From: Enterobacteria phage Kha5h
Sequence record: NC_054905.1
Length of the DNA stretch: 64,000 nt
Reading direction: 5' to 3' (one strand)
Below the pieces are notes generated by a model that saw only the letters and a program-made list of their open reading frames with translations, searched no databases and was not told the DNA's origin. This document shows, in pieces, positions 28,571-38,803 of this stretch (positions are counted from its first letter, which is position 1; every line of letters starts with the position of its first letter). The translations under genes were made by a program, and so were the position numbers.

Positions 28571-29772
28571 TATTTTGTAATAATGTCAAATTGCTCTTTA
28601 AAGCAGAAGCTTGAATCTTGATGCTGATACAAAAATTCATACGCTTTTTCTCGCTCACGGTCATAAAGAGCTCGGTCAGATGACAGTTCTTTAATACGCT
28701 CGAATGTTGATTCCATATCATTTTCATCAAACCAAACGATACCGCTATCATGCGAAATTAGCGGAGTATTATCAACACGGAATTTTAAATTTTCGCCAGT
28801 AGATTTCCAAAATACCGGAATTGTTCCACATGCACCAAGCTCGAGATGAGTATATTCTAAAGAACGCTGTAGATATTTTTTATCCAACTTACTCAACTGA
28901 TAACCAAATCCGGATTTACTCATACGTTCAAGCATTTCGCTATTTACATAACGGTCAAGAATTTGCGTTGGCAAATTAGGAGCAATTTTAATTTGGTCTA
29001 CTTGATGAAGACGATAATACTCGTATGGAATTCCTTTTTCTTTAATAGGAATGAACGCTGGAGAACGTTCCAGACCTTCCATAATAGTACTTAGTCCTGC
29101 AGGTTTAAGATGTTTTTCGTGAAAATCAAACATCTGATAAAAACCTTTCCATGTAGTCGTACGACCAATCCAACGGTTGATATTCATGTTAATTTCAGAA
29201 ACATCTTTCCAGTAAGTTGACCGAACCTTCGCAATATCCATAGGAGGCTGAAAGTTATATACTGTCGGTGCTTCTTCAATATCATCAAACAGAGAAACAG
29301 TTTCTGGATACCATTCTTTCATCAGAACTTTATTAAAATCACCATTATCAGAATGGCTAAAAATAACATCAGCTCGACGAACAGTTTCTTCTAATCCCAA
29401 ATTTCGGCGCAAAGAAAGAGAAGAATGGTCATGTTGATAAACTACAACACGAACAGAAGGTTTAATGTTATCAATAATTTTTTTATAGTTATTAATCGTG
29501 TCTTCTTCAACCGAAGTAGCAGGAACTGAATTGATAATTAGAATATCACAATCATTTACCAGCTTAAGTGTTTTATCATATTCTTTTGCCAATAAAACCG
29601 GAATTGAAAATGATTTATAATCATGCGCGCAATTACGAGTAAATGATTTATCTTTAGCATAAACCAAAGTCACTTCATGACCATTTTTAATAAACCAATC
29701 ACGTTGCTCGAGTGAGAATTTTGTTACACCACAACCTTCAAGACCTCGAGCCATAAAAATACATACTTTCAT
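28570..29772 (-). CDS. a-gt: DNA alpha-glucosyltransferase
   Basis: 400 aa; recognised as T4 alpha-gt; MotA-box promoter upstream. Confidence 0.9.
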   Translation of the reverse strand: MKVCIFMARGLEGCGVTKFSLEQRDWFIKNGHEVTLVYAKDKSFTRNCAHDYKSFSIPVLLAKEYDKTLKLVNDCDILIINSVPATSVEEDTINNYKKIIDNIKPSVRVVVYQHDHSSLSLRRNLGLEETVRRADVIFSHSDNGDFNKVLMKEWYPETVSLFDDIEEAPTVYNFQPPMDIAKVRSTYWKDVSEINMNINRWIGRTTTWKGFYQMFDFHEKHLKPAGLSTIMEGLERSPAFIPIKEKGIPYEYYRLHQVDQIKIAPNLPTQILDRYVNSEMLERMSKSGFGYQLSKLDKKYLQRSLEYTHLELGACGTIPVFWKSTGENLKFRVDNTPLISHDSGIVWFDENDMESTFERIKELSSDRALYDREREKAYEFLYQHQDSSFCFKEQFDIITK

Positions 29773-29796
29773 TTAATATCCTCTTTGTTTTGGTTT

Positions 29797-29820
29797 ATTT
29801 TACCAAAAATTTATAAAGCA
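29797..29820 (-). promoter_or_regulatory. middle promoter (MotA box + TAAAAT) for alpha-gt
   Basis: TGCTTTA then 11 nt then TAAAAT. Confidence 0.5.
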
Positions 29821-29824
29821 ATAT

Positions 29825-29840
29825 AGGAGCCGAAGCTCCT
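29825..29840 (-). terminator. tetraloop hairpin upstream of the alpha-gt promoter
   Basis: AGGAGC-CGAA-GCTCCT. Confidence 0.5.
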
Positions 29841-30015
29841 ATCCGCATAATACGCCACACAGAGGCTCGTTAGAACTTTTAAATTTTATGCGCTTATATG
29901 TTATAGTTCCTTCTGCTTTAGCTTTATCATGAGACTCTTTAAAGCGTCTCATCATTTCCTCTTTAGAGGAACGAATTTTATTATAATCTATTTCAGAAGT
30001 CTGGGTGTTCATCTT

Positions 30016-30222
30016 TCATAACTGCCACCATTTTTTGACTTGATAAGAATCAACCCACACTTTCATATTAGGGTCTGCTCTTACAATAGGAGGATTAACT
30101 TCTTTAATTGAACTATCATGGTATTCTTTTTCAGAAATTTTCACACAAAGATGACCATTCAAAGATTCAGTAAATCCTGCATTAATTTTAAGACGCTTGA
30201 ATTTTACGTGTGTAAGCATCAA
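30016..30222 (-). CDS. hypothetical small protein
   Basis: Track ORF 68 aa. Confidence 0.4.
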   Translation of the reverse strand: MMLTHVKFKRLKINAGFTESLNGHLCVKISEKEYHDSSIKEVNPPIVRADPNMKVWVDSYQVKKWWQL

Positions 30223-30505
30223 TCATATCCTCAATTTGCGATCTAGTAGTCTTCCAAAGAATACTGATGAGTTCATCGTTATATGGCTGTTTTAGAATAT
30301 CCCGACTTTTCTTGATAGCATATTCGTATTGAGCAAAATTATTATTTTCAGCTGCAATCTGAGCGTGCTTATAAAGACGATTCAGTTCACGTTTGTTTTT
30401 AGACAATAACTTATTTGCTTTTCTTTCTGCTTCAAGACGGTTCTTTTCTTCAATAGAAGAAATAAGCTTTTCCACTTCATCATTAATTTCGGGTTTATCA
30501 GTCAT
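30188..30505 (-). CDS. hypothetical protein, coiled-coil
   Basis: Track ORF 105 aa. Confidence 0.45.
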   Translation of the reverse strand: MTDKPEINDEVEKLISSIEEKNRLEAERKANKLLSKNKRELNRLYKHAQIAAENNNFAQYEYAIKKSRDILKQPYNDELISILWKTTRSQIEDMIDAYTRKIQAS

Positions 30506-30506
30506 A

Positions 30507-30725
30507 TTATTTCTCTAATATAAAATAAAAATCATCATCTGTTAAATGATACCGATAGTTTAATTCTACACCATTAGATTTAAAAGCGGTATCATACGGA
30601 TTTTCTGGATCAATATCAATGTCAAGAGCTAAAACTTCCCTGAGATACATTTTAAGTAAATAGGGAATAGCTTCAACTTCAGGTATTTCTTCCAAGAATC
30701 CGGAGAGGTTAATCGTTAGCCTCAT
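30507..30725 (-). CDS. hypothetical small protein
   Basis: Track ORF 72 aa. Confidence 0.45.
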
Positions 30726-31266
30726 ATAAAAAATCCAAACTAGGAGAATCGTCTACAACACTTTTCTTTTCAGCCCCCGGTGTTCTATAGGTTGATTCTT
30801 CGTAATGCGTCATTTTATCGTAGATGTCTTGAATAAAAGTTTCATCTACTAACGCAACCATATCGTCGTCACGACTGTCATAGACATTGTGAACGAAGTA
30901 ACTATATTTCTTTGCAACTTCCTTACGTTCTTTTTTAATACGCTGGACGAATGCATTAAAACAAGCTTGAGTTATATACGCATGTGGGTTTTTATATTTC
31001 GTTTCATCAAAATTATGAAGCCCCTTAATAGAAGCTTCTATACCATCTGCAATCATTTCTTGTTTCCAAGACTGGGTGTATCCTGAAAAGTTGAAACGTT
31101 TAGATAAGCCTTCTGCAATAAGCATAATGGCTAATCCGATAGTATCATTCTGACGAACTACTTTATTTGGGTCTTTATTATTTGCTAATTCTGTTTTCCA
31201 ATCAATAATAGCTTGTAAAAGCTCTTTATTGTTTACGTAATTATATTTAGGCTTAGTTTCTGACAT
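30709..31266 (-). CDS. 55: late sigma factor gp55
   Basis: 185 aa from MSETKPKY; SD AGAGG upstream; track ORF begins at an upstream GTG. Confidence 0.9.
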
Positions 31267-31344
31267 TTTCACCTCTTAGCTCAATTCATAGATCTATTAT
31301 ATCATAATATTTGAAGATCTATCTTAAAGCATAGAGGATATCAG

Positions 31345-31614
31345 TTATCTAAGTAAACAGTATGCTTGGAACACTTTTTCCATCATCTTTTTAAATTCAT
31401 GAATATCTATGTAATGACTAGTTAAATCAGCATGATATAAAAAGTCTAAAAACTTTTCATGTGTACTAACATATTCACTTTCATTTAATTCAGAAACATG
31501 GCTTTCCCAATATCCAACACCAGTCTTATTTGGGAAAAATGAAATTTTCATGTATTGGTCAACATAGAAAATGCCACAATTTTCAATAGTAATAGAAATA
31601 TTAATAAATTTCAT
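31345..31614 (-). CDS. hypothetical protein
   Basis: Track ORF 89 aa. Confidence 0.45.
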   Translation of the reverse strand: MKFINISITIENCGIFYVDQYMKISFFPNKTGVGYWESHVSELNESEYVSTHEKFLDFLYHADLTSHYIDIHEFKKMMEKVFQAYCLLR

Positions 31615-31826
31615 ACATTCATCAACTTAGCCGCTCCAAGAGCTGCATCTAGTGAATCAAATTGGTCAACATATTCAATCAATTCGCCGTAATTGGCATA
31701 TAACCACCATTGGCTAAATTCATACTCAAGGATGAATCCGTTTCCTTCAATTTGAGTTAAACCAATGCCATTTGTATTTACTTCATACCCAGCAAGACGT
31801 AAATCGTTAATAAGAGCTTCGTTCAT
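31611..31826 (-). CDS. hypothetical small protein
   Basis: Track ORF 71 aa. Confidence 0.45.
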   Translation of the reverse strand: MNEALINDLRLAGYEVNTNGIGLTQIEGNGFILEYEFSQWWLYANYGELIEYVDQFDSLDAALGAAKLMNV

Positions 31827-31828
31827 AA

Positions 31829-32155
31829 TTATACCTTAGTAATTTTCAGGTCTGCAAATTTTTTCTTGCGTTGATTTTTCATGCGACGAATAGTTTTATC
31901 GGAAATTTCATGCTTTTGATAAGCTTTAGATTCTACGCCAAAAGCTTTAACATCAAATTCCGACAAGATATATTGAACCAGCAATTCACGGACAGTATTA
32001 CGTCCAATCTTCTGATCATTCTGTTTCATCGTCTGATGAAGCTCTTTTTCCCATTTATCCAAAATTTGAGGAGTTACAATATCGCCTTTTTCTAGCAAAG
32101 AAACTACTTTATCATATGCGTAAGAATTAATGACGTTTTTAATTTGAATAGTCAT
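31829..32155 (-). CDS. hypothetical protein
   Basis: Track ORF 108 aa. Confidence 0.45.
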   Translation of the reverse strand: MTIQIKNVINSYAYDKVVSLLEKGDIVTPQILDKWEKELHQTMKQNDQKIGRNTVRELLVQYILSEFDVKAFGVESKAYQKHEISDKTIRRMKNQRKKKFADLKITKV

Positions 32156-32193
32156 ACATTATCCTCAATTGCATTAAAATTTTATTATCCAAA

Positions 32194-32209
32194 AAGGGCC
32201 GAAGCCCTT
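32194..32209 (-). terminator. tetraloop hairpin
   Basis: AAGGGC-CGAA-GCCCTT. Confidence 0.5.
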
Positions 32210-32408
32210 AGCTAAACCGTTTGGCACCCTTCCAGCCTTCATACATCATTGCGGCTGATATTAATATTGCTCCTGAGCAACTTGAATATTTGTGATTCCA
32301 AAACCAGTTTAGAAAAACTTCGTCATCAATACCTTGGGCTATCATATTTTCAAAGAACTGACGACGAGCTTCGGCAATTCGCTGCGATAATTTAGATTCA
32401 GGATTCAT
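32208..32408 (-). CDS. hypothetical small protein
   Basis: Track ORF 66 aa. Confidence 0.4.
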   Translation of the reverse strand: MNPESKLSQRIAEARRQFFENMIAQGIDDEVFLNWFWNHKYSSCSGAILISAAMMYEGWKGAKRFS

Positions 32409-32624
32409 TTAAATTTTCCAGTTACCATTTTCATCAATAAATTTAATCCAGTCATTTACTGACCACTTAGTTGTATCGCCTTTTGGAGTAACATTTAAAG
32501 TGTATAACCCCTGCTTAAAAAGCATTCGTTTGATATTCATATTTTCCTCAGCTGTAACGATAACACTCGTTTGATTTGCGCTTAGCAACTCGTTGAGATG
32601 TATTATAATCAAAATCATCGTCAA
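32409..32624 (-). CDS. hypothetical small protein
   Basis: Track ORF 71 aa. Confidence 0.4.
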   Translation of the reverse strand: MTMILIIIHLNELLSANQTSVIVTAEENMNIKRMLFKQGLYTLNVTPKGDTTKWSVNDWIKFIDENGNWKI

Positions 32625-32880
32625 TGTAAACTGATTTTTTCAACTTTCTTACTTCACCACGTAATTGGCGATTTAGCTCATCTTTAACTTCTGAATCAAT
32701 ACCTTTCATTCTACGCCATTTATCTGAGCGAAAAATGTTTTCAACCATATCTTTATGACTTACCCCATCAGGAGCTTTACGCTTTCCGAAATAGTCATAA
32801 TCACGCACTTTTAAGTCTTTACGACGATACGTTTTACCCATGGAGTTTAATTTCCTTAGCAACTGAACTAAATGCAGCAC
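32548..32880 (-). CDS. hypothetical basic protein (start probably internal)
   Basis: Track ORF; overlaps both neighbours. Confidence 0.4.
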   Translation of the reverse strand: MLHLVQLLRKLNSMGKTYRRKDLKVRDYDYFGKRKAPDGVSHKDMVENIFRSDKWRRMKGIDSEVKDELNRQLRGEVRKLKKSVYIDDDFDYNTSQRVAKRKSNECYRYS

Positions 32881-33016
32881 GATCGCAAATCATGCGTTTA
32901 TGTAACTTGAGTATAATATAGCAAACTTCAAAACTATTTACATGAGTAACACGAACAGCATTACCATTAATGAGATAATACTGTCCCTTTTTAATTTCTT
33001 TATCAACCATAACCAT
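32834..33016 (-). CDS. hypothetical small protein
   Basis: Track ORF 60 aa; early promoter 33047-33076. Confidence 0.4.
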   Translation of the reverse strand: MVMVDKEIKKGQYYLINGNAVRVTHVNSFEVCYIILKLHKRMICDRAAFSSVAKEIKLHG

Positions 33017-33046
33017 ATCAATTCCTCAAAGGTAATTCATATGTTA

Positions 33047-33076
33047 ATAATACCACGGTTTGAACTTGTTGTAAAC
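33047..33076 (-). promoter_or_regulatory. early promoter (GTTTAC-N18-TATTAT)
   Basis: Upstream of 32834..33016; follows the nrdH hairpin. Confidence 0.55.
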
Positions 33077-33155
33077 AACTTTGTGAAAAATATTTTAGGG
33101 AATGACAAGAAGGGAACGATAGCTTAGAATGGTAATATACAGAATGTAAGAAAGA

Positions 33156-33176
33156 AAGGCCCAGAGGGCCCGCCTT
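33156..33176 (-). terminator. hairpin after nrdH
   Basis: GGCCC-AGA-GGGCC core. Confidence 0.5.
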
Positions 33177-33483
33177 AGTCTTCTATGATATCTCTATCAT
33201 ATCCAAGTGAAATGAGAGTTTCTTTGAAGTGTTTAATGTTCTTTTGTCTAGAATCATTAATGAAAATGACTGGATAACGAATGTTAAGAGATGTGAATCC
33301 AGCGCGTTTAGCAAGAGATACAATCAGCGGACGATCATACTCAATCTTACCATTATTTGTAAGAACTTTATAGAAAGTAAAAGGAGCATTGAGCTCCTTT
33401 AGAAGTTTTGTAACTGATTGACATCCAGGACAACGACCTACTTCATCTGGAATTCCATAGACTTCAATCTTGTTTTGTTTCAC
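33175..33483 (-). CDS. nrdH: glutaredoxin-like NrdH
   Basis: 102 aa; CPGC redox motif. Confidence 0.8.
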   Translation of the reverse strand: MKQNKIEVYGIPDEVGRCPGCQSVTKLLKELNAPFTFYKVLTNNGKIEYDRPLIVSLAKRAGFTSLNIRYPVIFINDSRQKNIKHFKETLISLGYDRDIIED

Positions 33484-33485
33484 AA

Positions 33486-33698
33486 CTATTCCTTACTAAG
33501 AGCAGCATTCAGCTTGTTAGTAATTTTATCTAGACGCTTATTGAACTCGCTAGAAGATAAGCCCTTTTCTGGAGAAATCAAACTAATCACGAAAAATATA
33601 GCAATAAAAGGAATAAGGAAAATAGCTCCAACTGCCATAAACAGAAAGAATGTTACAGTTGTAAGAAAATCAGCTAAACTTTTACGAAATTTATACAT
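33486..33698 (-). CDS. small membrane protein
   Basis: 70 aa with one TM helix. Confidence 0.45.
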   Translation of the reverse strand: MYKFRKSLADFLTTVTFFLFMAVGAIFLIPFIAIFFVISLISPEKGLSSSEFNKRLDKITNKLNAALSKE

Positions 33699-33813
33699 AT
33701 TTTACCCTTAATTGATTAACCAAGCATTGATAAGCACTAAACTATATTGCGAATAAAATTCTGGACCAAAATGAAAAATCATATCATTTATAGTATCCAT
33801 AATGTAATTCAAT

Positions 33814-34284
33814 TTAATCATGTGTCCACACCCCATCGGTATTTGACCAAAGTCGCTGATTATCTGATCCTCGCCACAGCTTTTTGGTCGGAAGATTTTT
33901 CTCATACTTCCCATCAATAATAACATCAACATATTTAAGCATTTCTAGTTGTTTAATATCTTCAAATTTATATCCTGTCCACAACCAAATGCTTTTATTG
34001 GGATAAAGATTTTTTACTGTTTGAACAATGCAATGAATAACATCTCGGTTATCAGGATAGAGAGGGTCACCTCCAGTTATAGTCAATCCTTCTATATAAT
34101 CATTATTCAAACATTCAATTAATTGCTCTAGTGTTTCACCAGTGAATGGAATACCATTTCTAGCATTCCATGTTGATTTATTATAACACCCTTCACATTT
34201 ATGCAAACAACCTGTAACGAAAAGAACGACTCTGCAACCAGGGCCATTCACAAAATCGCAAGGATAAAATCTATCATAATTCAT
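33814..34284 (-). CDS. nrdG: anaerobic ribonucleotide reductase activase NrdG
   Basis: 156 aa; radical-SAM cysteine cluster CLHKCEGC. Confidence 0.9.
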   Translation of the reverse strand: MNYDRFYPCDFVNGPGCRVVLFVTGCLHKCEGCYNKSTWNARNGIPFTGETLEQLIECLNNDYIEGLTITGGDPLYPDNRDVIHCIVQTVKNLYPNKSIWLWTGYKFEDIKQLEMLKYVDVIIDGKYEKNLPTKKLWRGSDNQRLWSNTDGVWTHD

Positions 34285-36098
34285 TGGTGTTTAACCCTAT
34301 GCATGATTTCTTTATTTTTACCGAGATTAAATCCGCGTTCGTTCGGATTTCCCAAATAACCACATGTTCTTCTTATGGTATTCATCTTTTTAGGATCAGT
34401 TTCTCCACAAACTGAACAAACAAATCCGTTTTCAGTAGGAGTCATTTCATGGGTACTTCCACATGTAAAACACTTATCTACTGGCATATTAACACCAAAA
34501 TAATCTAAATGCTGCGCAGCATAATCCCATACAGCCTCAAGTCCTTTTAGGTTGTTTTTCATATCTGGAAGTTCAACATAAGAAATGTGACCACCCGTCG
34601 CAATGAAATGATACGGTGCTTCACGAGAAATCTTTTCAAACGGAGTGATATTTTCTTCTACTGAAACGTGGAAACTATTAGTGTACCAGCCTTTATCGGT
34701 AACATCTTTTACGCTTCCATATTTTTCTGTGTCGAGTTTACAGAAACGATAACACAAGTTTTCAGCAGGAGTAGAATATAAACTAAAAGCAAATCCAGTT
34801 CTTTCGGACCACTGTTTAAGATGAGCATTCATTTTAGTTAAAATTTCTTGTCCAATATCACGACCAACAAGAATATTCAATTCATGAATACCGATGTATC
34901 CTAAAGACACTGAACTTCTGCCGTTTTTAAATAACTCAATTATATCGTCATCAGGTTTAAGACGAACCCCGAATGCACCTTCTTGGTATAGAATAGGAGC
35001 AACAGTCGCTTTAACTCCTTTTAAGGAACTAATTCTACACATCAAAGCTTCAAAACACAAATCCATTCGTTCATTGAACAATTCGATAAATTTCTGTTCA
35101 TTGAACTGCGTTCCAATATAAGAATCTAATGCGATGCGAGGAAGATTCAATGTTACAACACCAAGATTATTACGTCCATCAAGAATTTCATTACCAGTCG
35201 AATCTTTCCATACGCTCAAGAAACTACGGCATCCCATCGGAGAAACAGGAATAGATGAACCAGTGATAGCTTTATTATTCTTAGCTGAAATAATATCAGG
35301 ATACATCCTTTTGCTTGCGCACTCTAGAGCAAGTTGCTTAATGTCGTAATTCGGATCGTCTTTATAAAGATTAACGCCTTCTTCAACGAACATAACAAGC
35401 TTAGGGAAAATAGGAGTTATCCCATCACGACCGAGACCTTTAATACGATTTTTCAGAATTGCTTTCTGAATCATTCGTTCAGTCCAGTCAGTTCCTGTAC
35501 CAAATGTAATTGTTACAAAAGGTGTTTGTCCGTTTGAACTAAAGAGAGTATTTACTTCATATTCATAAGCTTGGAATGCATCGTATACATCTTTTTCTGT
35601 TTTAGACTGGGCATAATTCAACGCATCAGCGATTTGCCATTTTTCTGCATCCTCAATATGTTTTGCATAGGTGCGTTTAACATAAGGAGAAAGTACTTTA
35701 TCTACATTAGCAAAAGTCGTTCCGCCATATTGGTGAGAAGCAACCTGTGCAGTAATTTGTGCCATAATTGCAGTAGCAACGCCAATTGATTTAGGAGTTT
35801 CAATCTGCGCATTACCTAGCTTAAATCCATTTTCAAGCATTCCTTTTAAATCTACTAAACAACAATTAGTAAATGGAAGAGCAGGGGAATAATCAATATC
35901 GTGGAAATGAATAATTCCGCTTTCATGCGCTTTCATAATAAAAGACGGGACCATATTTTTGGCAATGTGTTTAGACACAATACCAGCCATAAGGTCCCGT
36001 TGAGTTGGAAAAACACGAGAATCTTTATTAGCATTCTCGTTTAAAAGGTCTTTATTAGTTTTATGAATCAATCCTTCAATTTCTTTTTCAATTGTCAT
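34281..36098 (-). CDS. nrdD: anaerobic ribonucleoside-triphosphate reductase NrdD
   Basis: 605 aa uninterrupted; C-terminal glycyl-radical and CxxC zinc motifs. Confidence 0.95.
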   Translation of the reverse strand: MTIEKEIEGLIHKTNKDLLNENANKDSRVFPTQRDLMAGIVSKHIAKNMVPSFIMKAHESGIIHFHDIDYSPALPFTNCCLVDLKGMLENGFKLGNAQIETPKSIGVATAIMAQITAQVASHQYGGTTFANVDKVLSPYVKRTYAKHIEDAEKWQIADALNYAQSKTEKDVYDAFQAYEYEVNTLFSSNGQTPFVTITFGTGTDWTERMIQKAILKNRIKGLGRDGITPIFPKLVMFVEEGVNLYKDDPNYDIKQLALECASKRMYPDIISAKNNKAITGSSIPVSPMGCRSFLSVWKDSTGNEILDGRNNLGVVTLNLPRIALDSYIGTQFNEQKFIELFNERMDLCFEALMCRISSLKGVKATVAPILYQEGAFGVRLKPDDDIIELFKNGRSSVSLGYIGIHELNILVGRDIGQEILTKMNAHLKQWSERTGFAFSLYSTPAENLCYRFCKLDTEKYGSVKDVTDKGWYTNSFHVSVEENITPFEKISREAPYHFIATGGHISYVELPDMKNNLKGLEAVWDYAAQHLDYFGVNMPVDKCFTCGSTHEMTPTENGFVCSVCGETDPKKMNTIRRTCGYLGNPNERGFNLGKNKEIMHRVKHQ

Positions 36099-36568
36099 TT
36101 TAAACTCTTTCTAAGCTGCTTCTTAAATGAAGCTATTAATTGTGTTTTAGTGTCAGATTCATTATATTCAAATCCTCTTTGAAGCATCTCAGCCATCATT
36201 TCCTCTTTTCCTAAACGAGAAAATTCCTTTGATTTATCTCCAACGAAGTTAGGGTGAATATTATTTTGGGTGTAATCGGATTTTAAATAAGTAAGTAAAT
36301 TTTCTAGCCATTCAAGATAATCAACGCCTTGTCCCTTTAAGCCAGAACGATTAAATTTATGCTTCATTTGACCTTCCGCAGCATTGCAGAGATTACAGAG
36401 CAATCCACGTACCTTTCCTGCTTTTGGTCCATTTAATTCATGGTCATGGTCAAGGTGATTAGCTTGAACATCAGGATTTAGTTCTCGTTGGCAAATTAAG
36501 CATTTACCGTTTTGTGCATTATAAAATTTTTGTTTTTCTTCTTTATATAATTTGCCAGTCAATAACAT
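36095..36568 (-). CDS. 49: endonuclease VII (gp49)
   Basis: 157 aa; recognised as T4 endo VII; zinc-binding CLIC...CNLC. Confidence 0.9.
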   Translation of the reverse strand: MLLTGKLYKEEKQKFYNAQNGKCLICQRELNPDVQANHLDHDHELNGPKAGKVRGLLCNLCNAAEGQMKHKFNRSGLKGQGVDYLEWLENLLTYLKSDYTQNNIHPNFVGDKSKEFSRLGKEEMMAEMLQRGFEYNESDTKTQLIASFKKQLRKSLK

Positions 36569-36617
36569 AATAAAACCCTTACCTTAAATAGATAAGGGTA
36601 TTTATTATTTTCAAGTA

Positions 36618-37082
36618 TTAAAACGCTCGGTCAGAAAAAGAAATTTGAGTTTCAAGCCATTCAATATATTCTGCCGCGGCTTGCATTAAATTTCCTTCAT
36701 AATCATCAATATCTTTTTTCAACGCCGATTTAGATAATGCATATGAAATTCGTTCACCCTGAAATCCAGCTTTAGGTTTATGAAGAACTTGATCAATTCG
36801 TTCTACAACTTCTTCAATTTCGCCATTTTCTGCGGATTCAGTATTCCACAAGCACCAATACGTAATTGGCTTATCATAGATGTTAATAATCTTTCCATCA
36901 GAAAGTTCAATTTCAATAATTCCAGTATCAGGTTCTATATCATCTTCGCATTCTTTTGCAAGTTCACGAACTTTAAAGACAGTACCTGCACTAAGTTCCG
37001 GCCAGTAATTACACAGCCCTTTATCAGCACGATTAATTCTAAACCACTTATCTACTGCAATCATGTCCCATCTCCATATCAA
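36618..37082 (-). CDS. hypothetical protein
   Basis: Track ORF 154 aa. Confidence 0.5.
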   Translation of the reverse strand: MIWRWDMIAVDKWFRINRADKGLCNYWPELSAGTVFKVRELAKECEDDIEPDTGIIEIELSDGKIINIYDKPITYWCLWNTESAENGEIEEVVERIDQVLHKPKAGFQGERISYALSKSALKKDIDDYEGNLMQAAAEYIEWLETQISFSDRAF

Positions 37083-37187
37083 TTAAGTCATTTATTGTTG
37101 GTTCATTATATACTGTTTCTTCATCAGTGTAAACCGGTTCTTCCGGCTCTGGCTCTACAGTTTCCCATCTAGCCGCCCACCAGGGTT

Positions 37188-37508
37188 TTATAGCGTAATC
37201 CATTCTCGTACTATCTGAGTTACTACACGTTCATGGGGCTCGACTAGTTCAACAGTCGGAACTGCATAATACCAGTCAGAATGATAAGAACCTGACCGAG
37301 ATTCATTTACCGCTACATGTACATTATGTTTTGGACTAAAGTAAACACACTGACGATATTGACATTTACCATCTTGCACCCAGTCTTCTATTTCGACAGG
37401 TTTAAGATAATCGGAAAAATCGAAATCATAGTTTTCCGAAAATGCATCATGGTCTTCAATGATTTCGCTCAGAACTGCATCAACATCTAATTTATTTTCA
37501 ATAGTCAT
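37188..37508 (-). CDS. hypothetical protein
   Basis: Track ORF 106 aa. Confidence 0.45.
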   Translation of the reverse strand: MTIENKLDVDAVLSEIIEDHDAFSENYDFDFSDYLKPVEIEDWVQDGKCQYRQCVYFSPKHNVHVAVNESRSGSYHSDWYYAVPTVELVEPHERVVTQIVREWITL

Positions 37509-37691
37509 TTTTCACCAATTAATTTCGCAATTTATTAAGTTCTTCATCATCAATCCAGGATTCTAGTCCTGATGGCAGGGCACATTCAATTTCCCAAAGA
37601 AGTTCTTCAATTTTCTGAAGACGTTCTAGTTCTTCGGCTGGAATAGTAACCATTGACGGAGCTCGTGATACATTAATATCGTAAATCATAT

Positions 37692-37907
37692 TTACCCCAA
37701 TTTAACCATACAATCGCCGTATTTCCACTTAGAAATAGACTTTTCACCATTAGAATAATAAACTTCGAGTTTAGCACGATTATTTTTAATTTGAATAACC
37801 TTTGCTGTCATCAAAGTTCCATACCCATAATAAACTGCAACTTCATCACCTACATATACCGCGCTTCCGCGGTAATCGTGAATATAGTCAGTTCCTTCGA
37901 GCATCAT
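37692..37907 (-). CDS. hypothetical small protein
   Basis: Track ORF 71 aa. Confidence 0.45.
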   Translation of the reverse strand: MMLEGTDYIHDYRGSAVYVGDEVAVYYGYGTLMTAKVIQIKNNRAKLEVYYSNGEKSISKWKYGDCMVKLG

Positions 37908-38167
37908 TTAAAATATTCTCGCAGTTGGTCAAATCCACCAATATGACTTCCATCAGGAGCAAATACCTGGGGCATTGTCAAGCCGATTTGAGTATCACGA
38001 CCTAGTTTAGTCAGAAGCTCAGCGATTTTCTCATCATCAAAAACACCTTTTTCCGGCATAATGTTGATAAATTCAAACGGCTGTTTCTTCACGGTCAAAA
38101 GACGTTTTGCATTATCGCAATACACACATTTATGAATGTTGCTATCATAACCATATACTTTAAACAT
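37904..38167 (-). CDS. nrdC: thioredoxin/glutaredoxin NrdC
   Basis: 87 aa; active site CVYC; recognised as T4 NrdC. Confidence 0.85.
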   Translation of the reverse strand: MFKVYGYDSNIHKCVYCDNAKRLLTVKKQPFEFINIMPEKGVFDDEKIAELLTKLGRDTQIGLTMPQVFAPDGSHIGGFDQLREYFK

Positions 38168-38168
38168 A

Positions 38169-38411
38169 TTATTCCTTAATTCCTAGTACTTGTTTAAAAG
38201 TCTCGTCGTAATCAAGACTTTGGCCCGTTTGTTCTTTATGTTTGTATATAATATCACTTACTTCTGATAGCATATTTTTATATGAACGAGTTAAAGCAGA
38301 TTTAAGCACGCTGTATCTATCAGGAAATTTACCATGTTCATTATAATAAGCTATTGCTAATTCACGGACTGCCTTTTCAGCAGCTTCCATATATTCTTTA
38401 CGCTTGGTCAT
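38169..38411 (-). CDS. hypothetical small protein
   Basis: Track ORF 80 aa. Confidence 0.45.
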   Translation of the reverse strand: MTKRKEYMEAAEKAVRELAIAYYNEHGKFPDRYSVLKSALTRSYKNMLSEVSDIIYKHKEQTGQSLDYDETFKQVLGIKE

Positions 38412-38413
38412 TT

Positions 38414-38803
38414 TTAATCCAAAATATTATTAGGCATTGGTTGAACACTCACAAGTTCTTTAAAGAACTCAGTAGAGTCAGGCAATTTAACCATTTCCGG
38501 AGCATGCTTACTGAATTTATGTTTACATTGACGGCATTTATATTCAAGCTCTGGTTTACGCCAGTTAATCAACTGAACTTGTTCAGTACCGCATTCAGGG
38601 CAATTAGGAACGTTTTTAGAAGCTCTTTCACGTCGTTCAACCATAGCCATAATAGCATCCCATGCTGGAGGTTTAAAATCTAAATCGTCGCAGCCGTGAA
38701 TCTTTCCACGCATTTCCATATCATCTTCCTCACCAGCCATAATAATTTTAATTAAACTGGAATTACTTGAAGCTGCAATGTCTTCTAATAAACGCTTTTT
38801 CAT
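38414..38803 (-). CDS. zinc-ribbon protein
   Basis: 129 aa; CPECG...CRQC. Confidence 0.5.
   Translation of the reverse strand: MKKRLLEDIAASSNSSLIKIIMAGEEDDMEMRGKIHGCDDLDFKPPAWDAIMAMVERRERASKNVPNCPECGTEQVQLINWRKPELEYKCRQCKHKFSKHAPEMVKLPDSTEFFKELVSVQPMPNNILD

Noticed and set aside
28530-28751. Minus-strand ORF (73 aa) overlapping the 3' end of alpha-gt
   Set aside because: Alternative frame inside the alpha-gt coding region; the adjacent 28390..28530 ORF is the better candidate.
33708-33932. Minus-strand ORF (74 aa) overlapping nrdG
   Set aside because: Out-of-frame overlap of 119 nt with the NrdG N-terminus; likely spurious.
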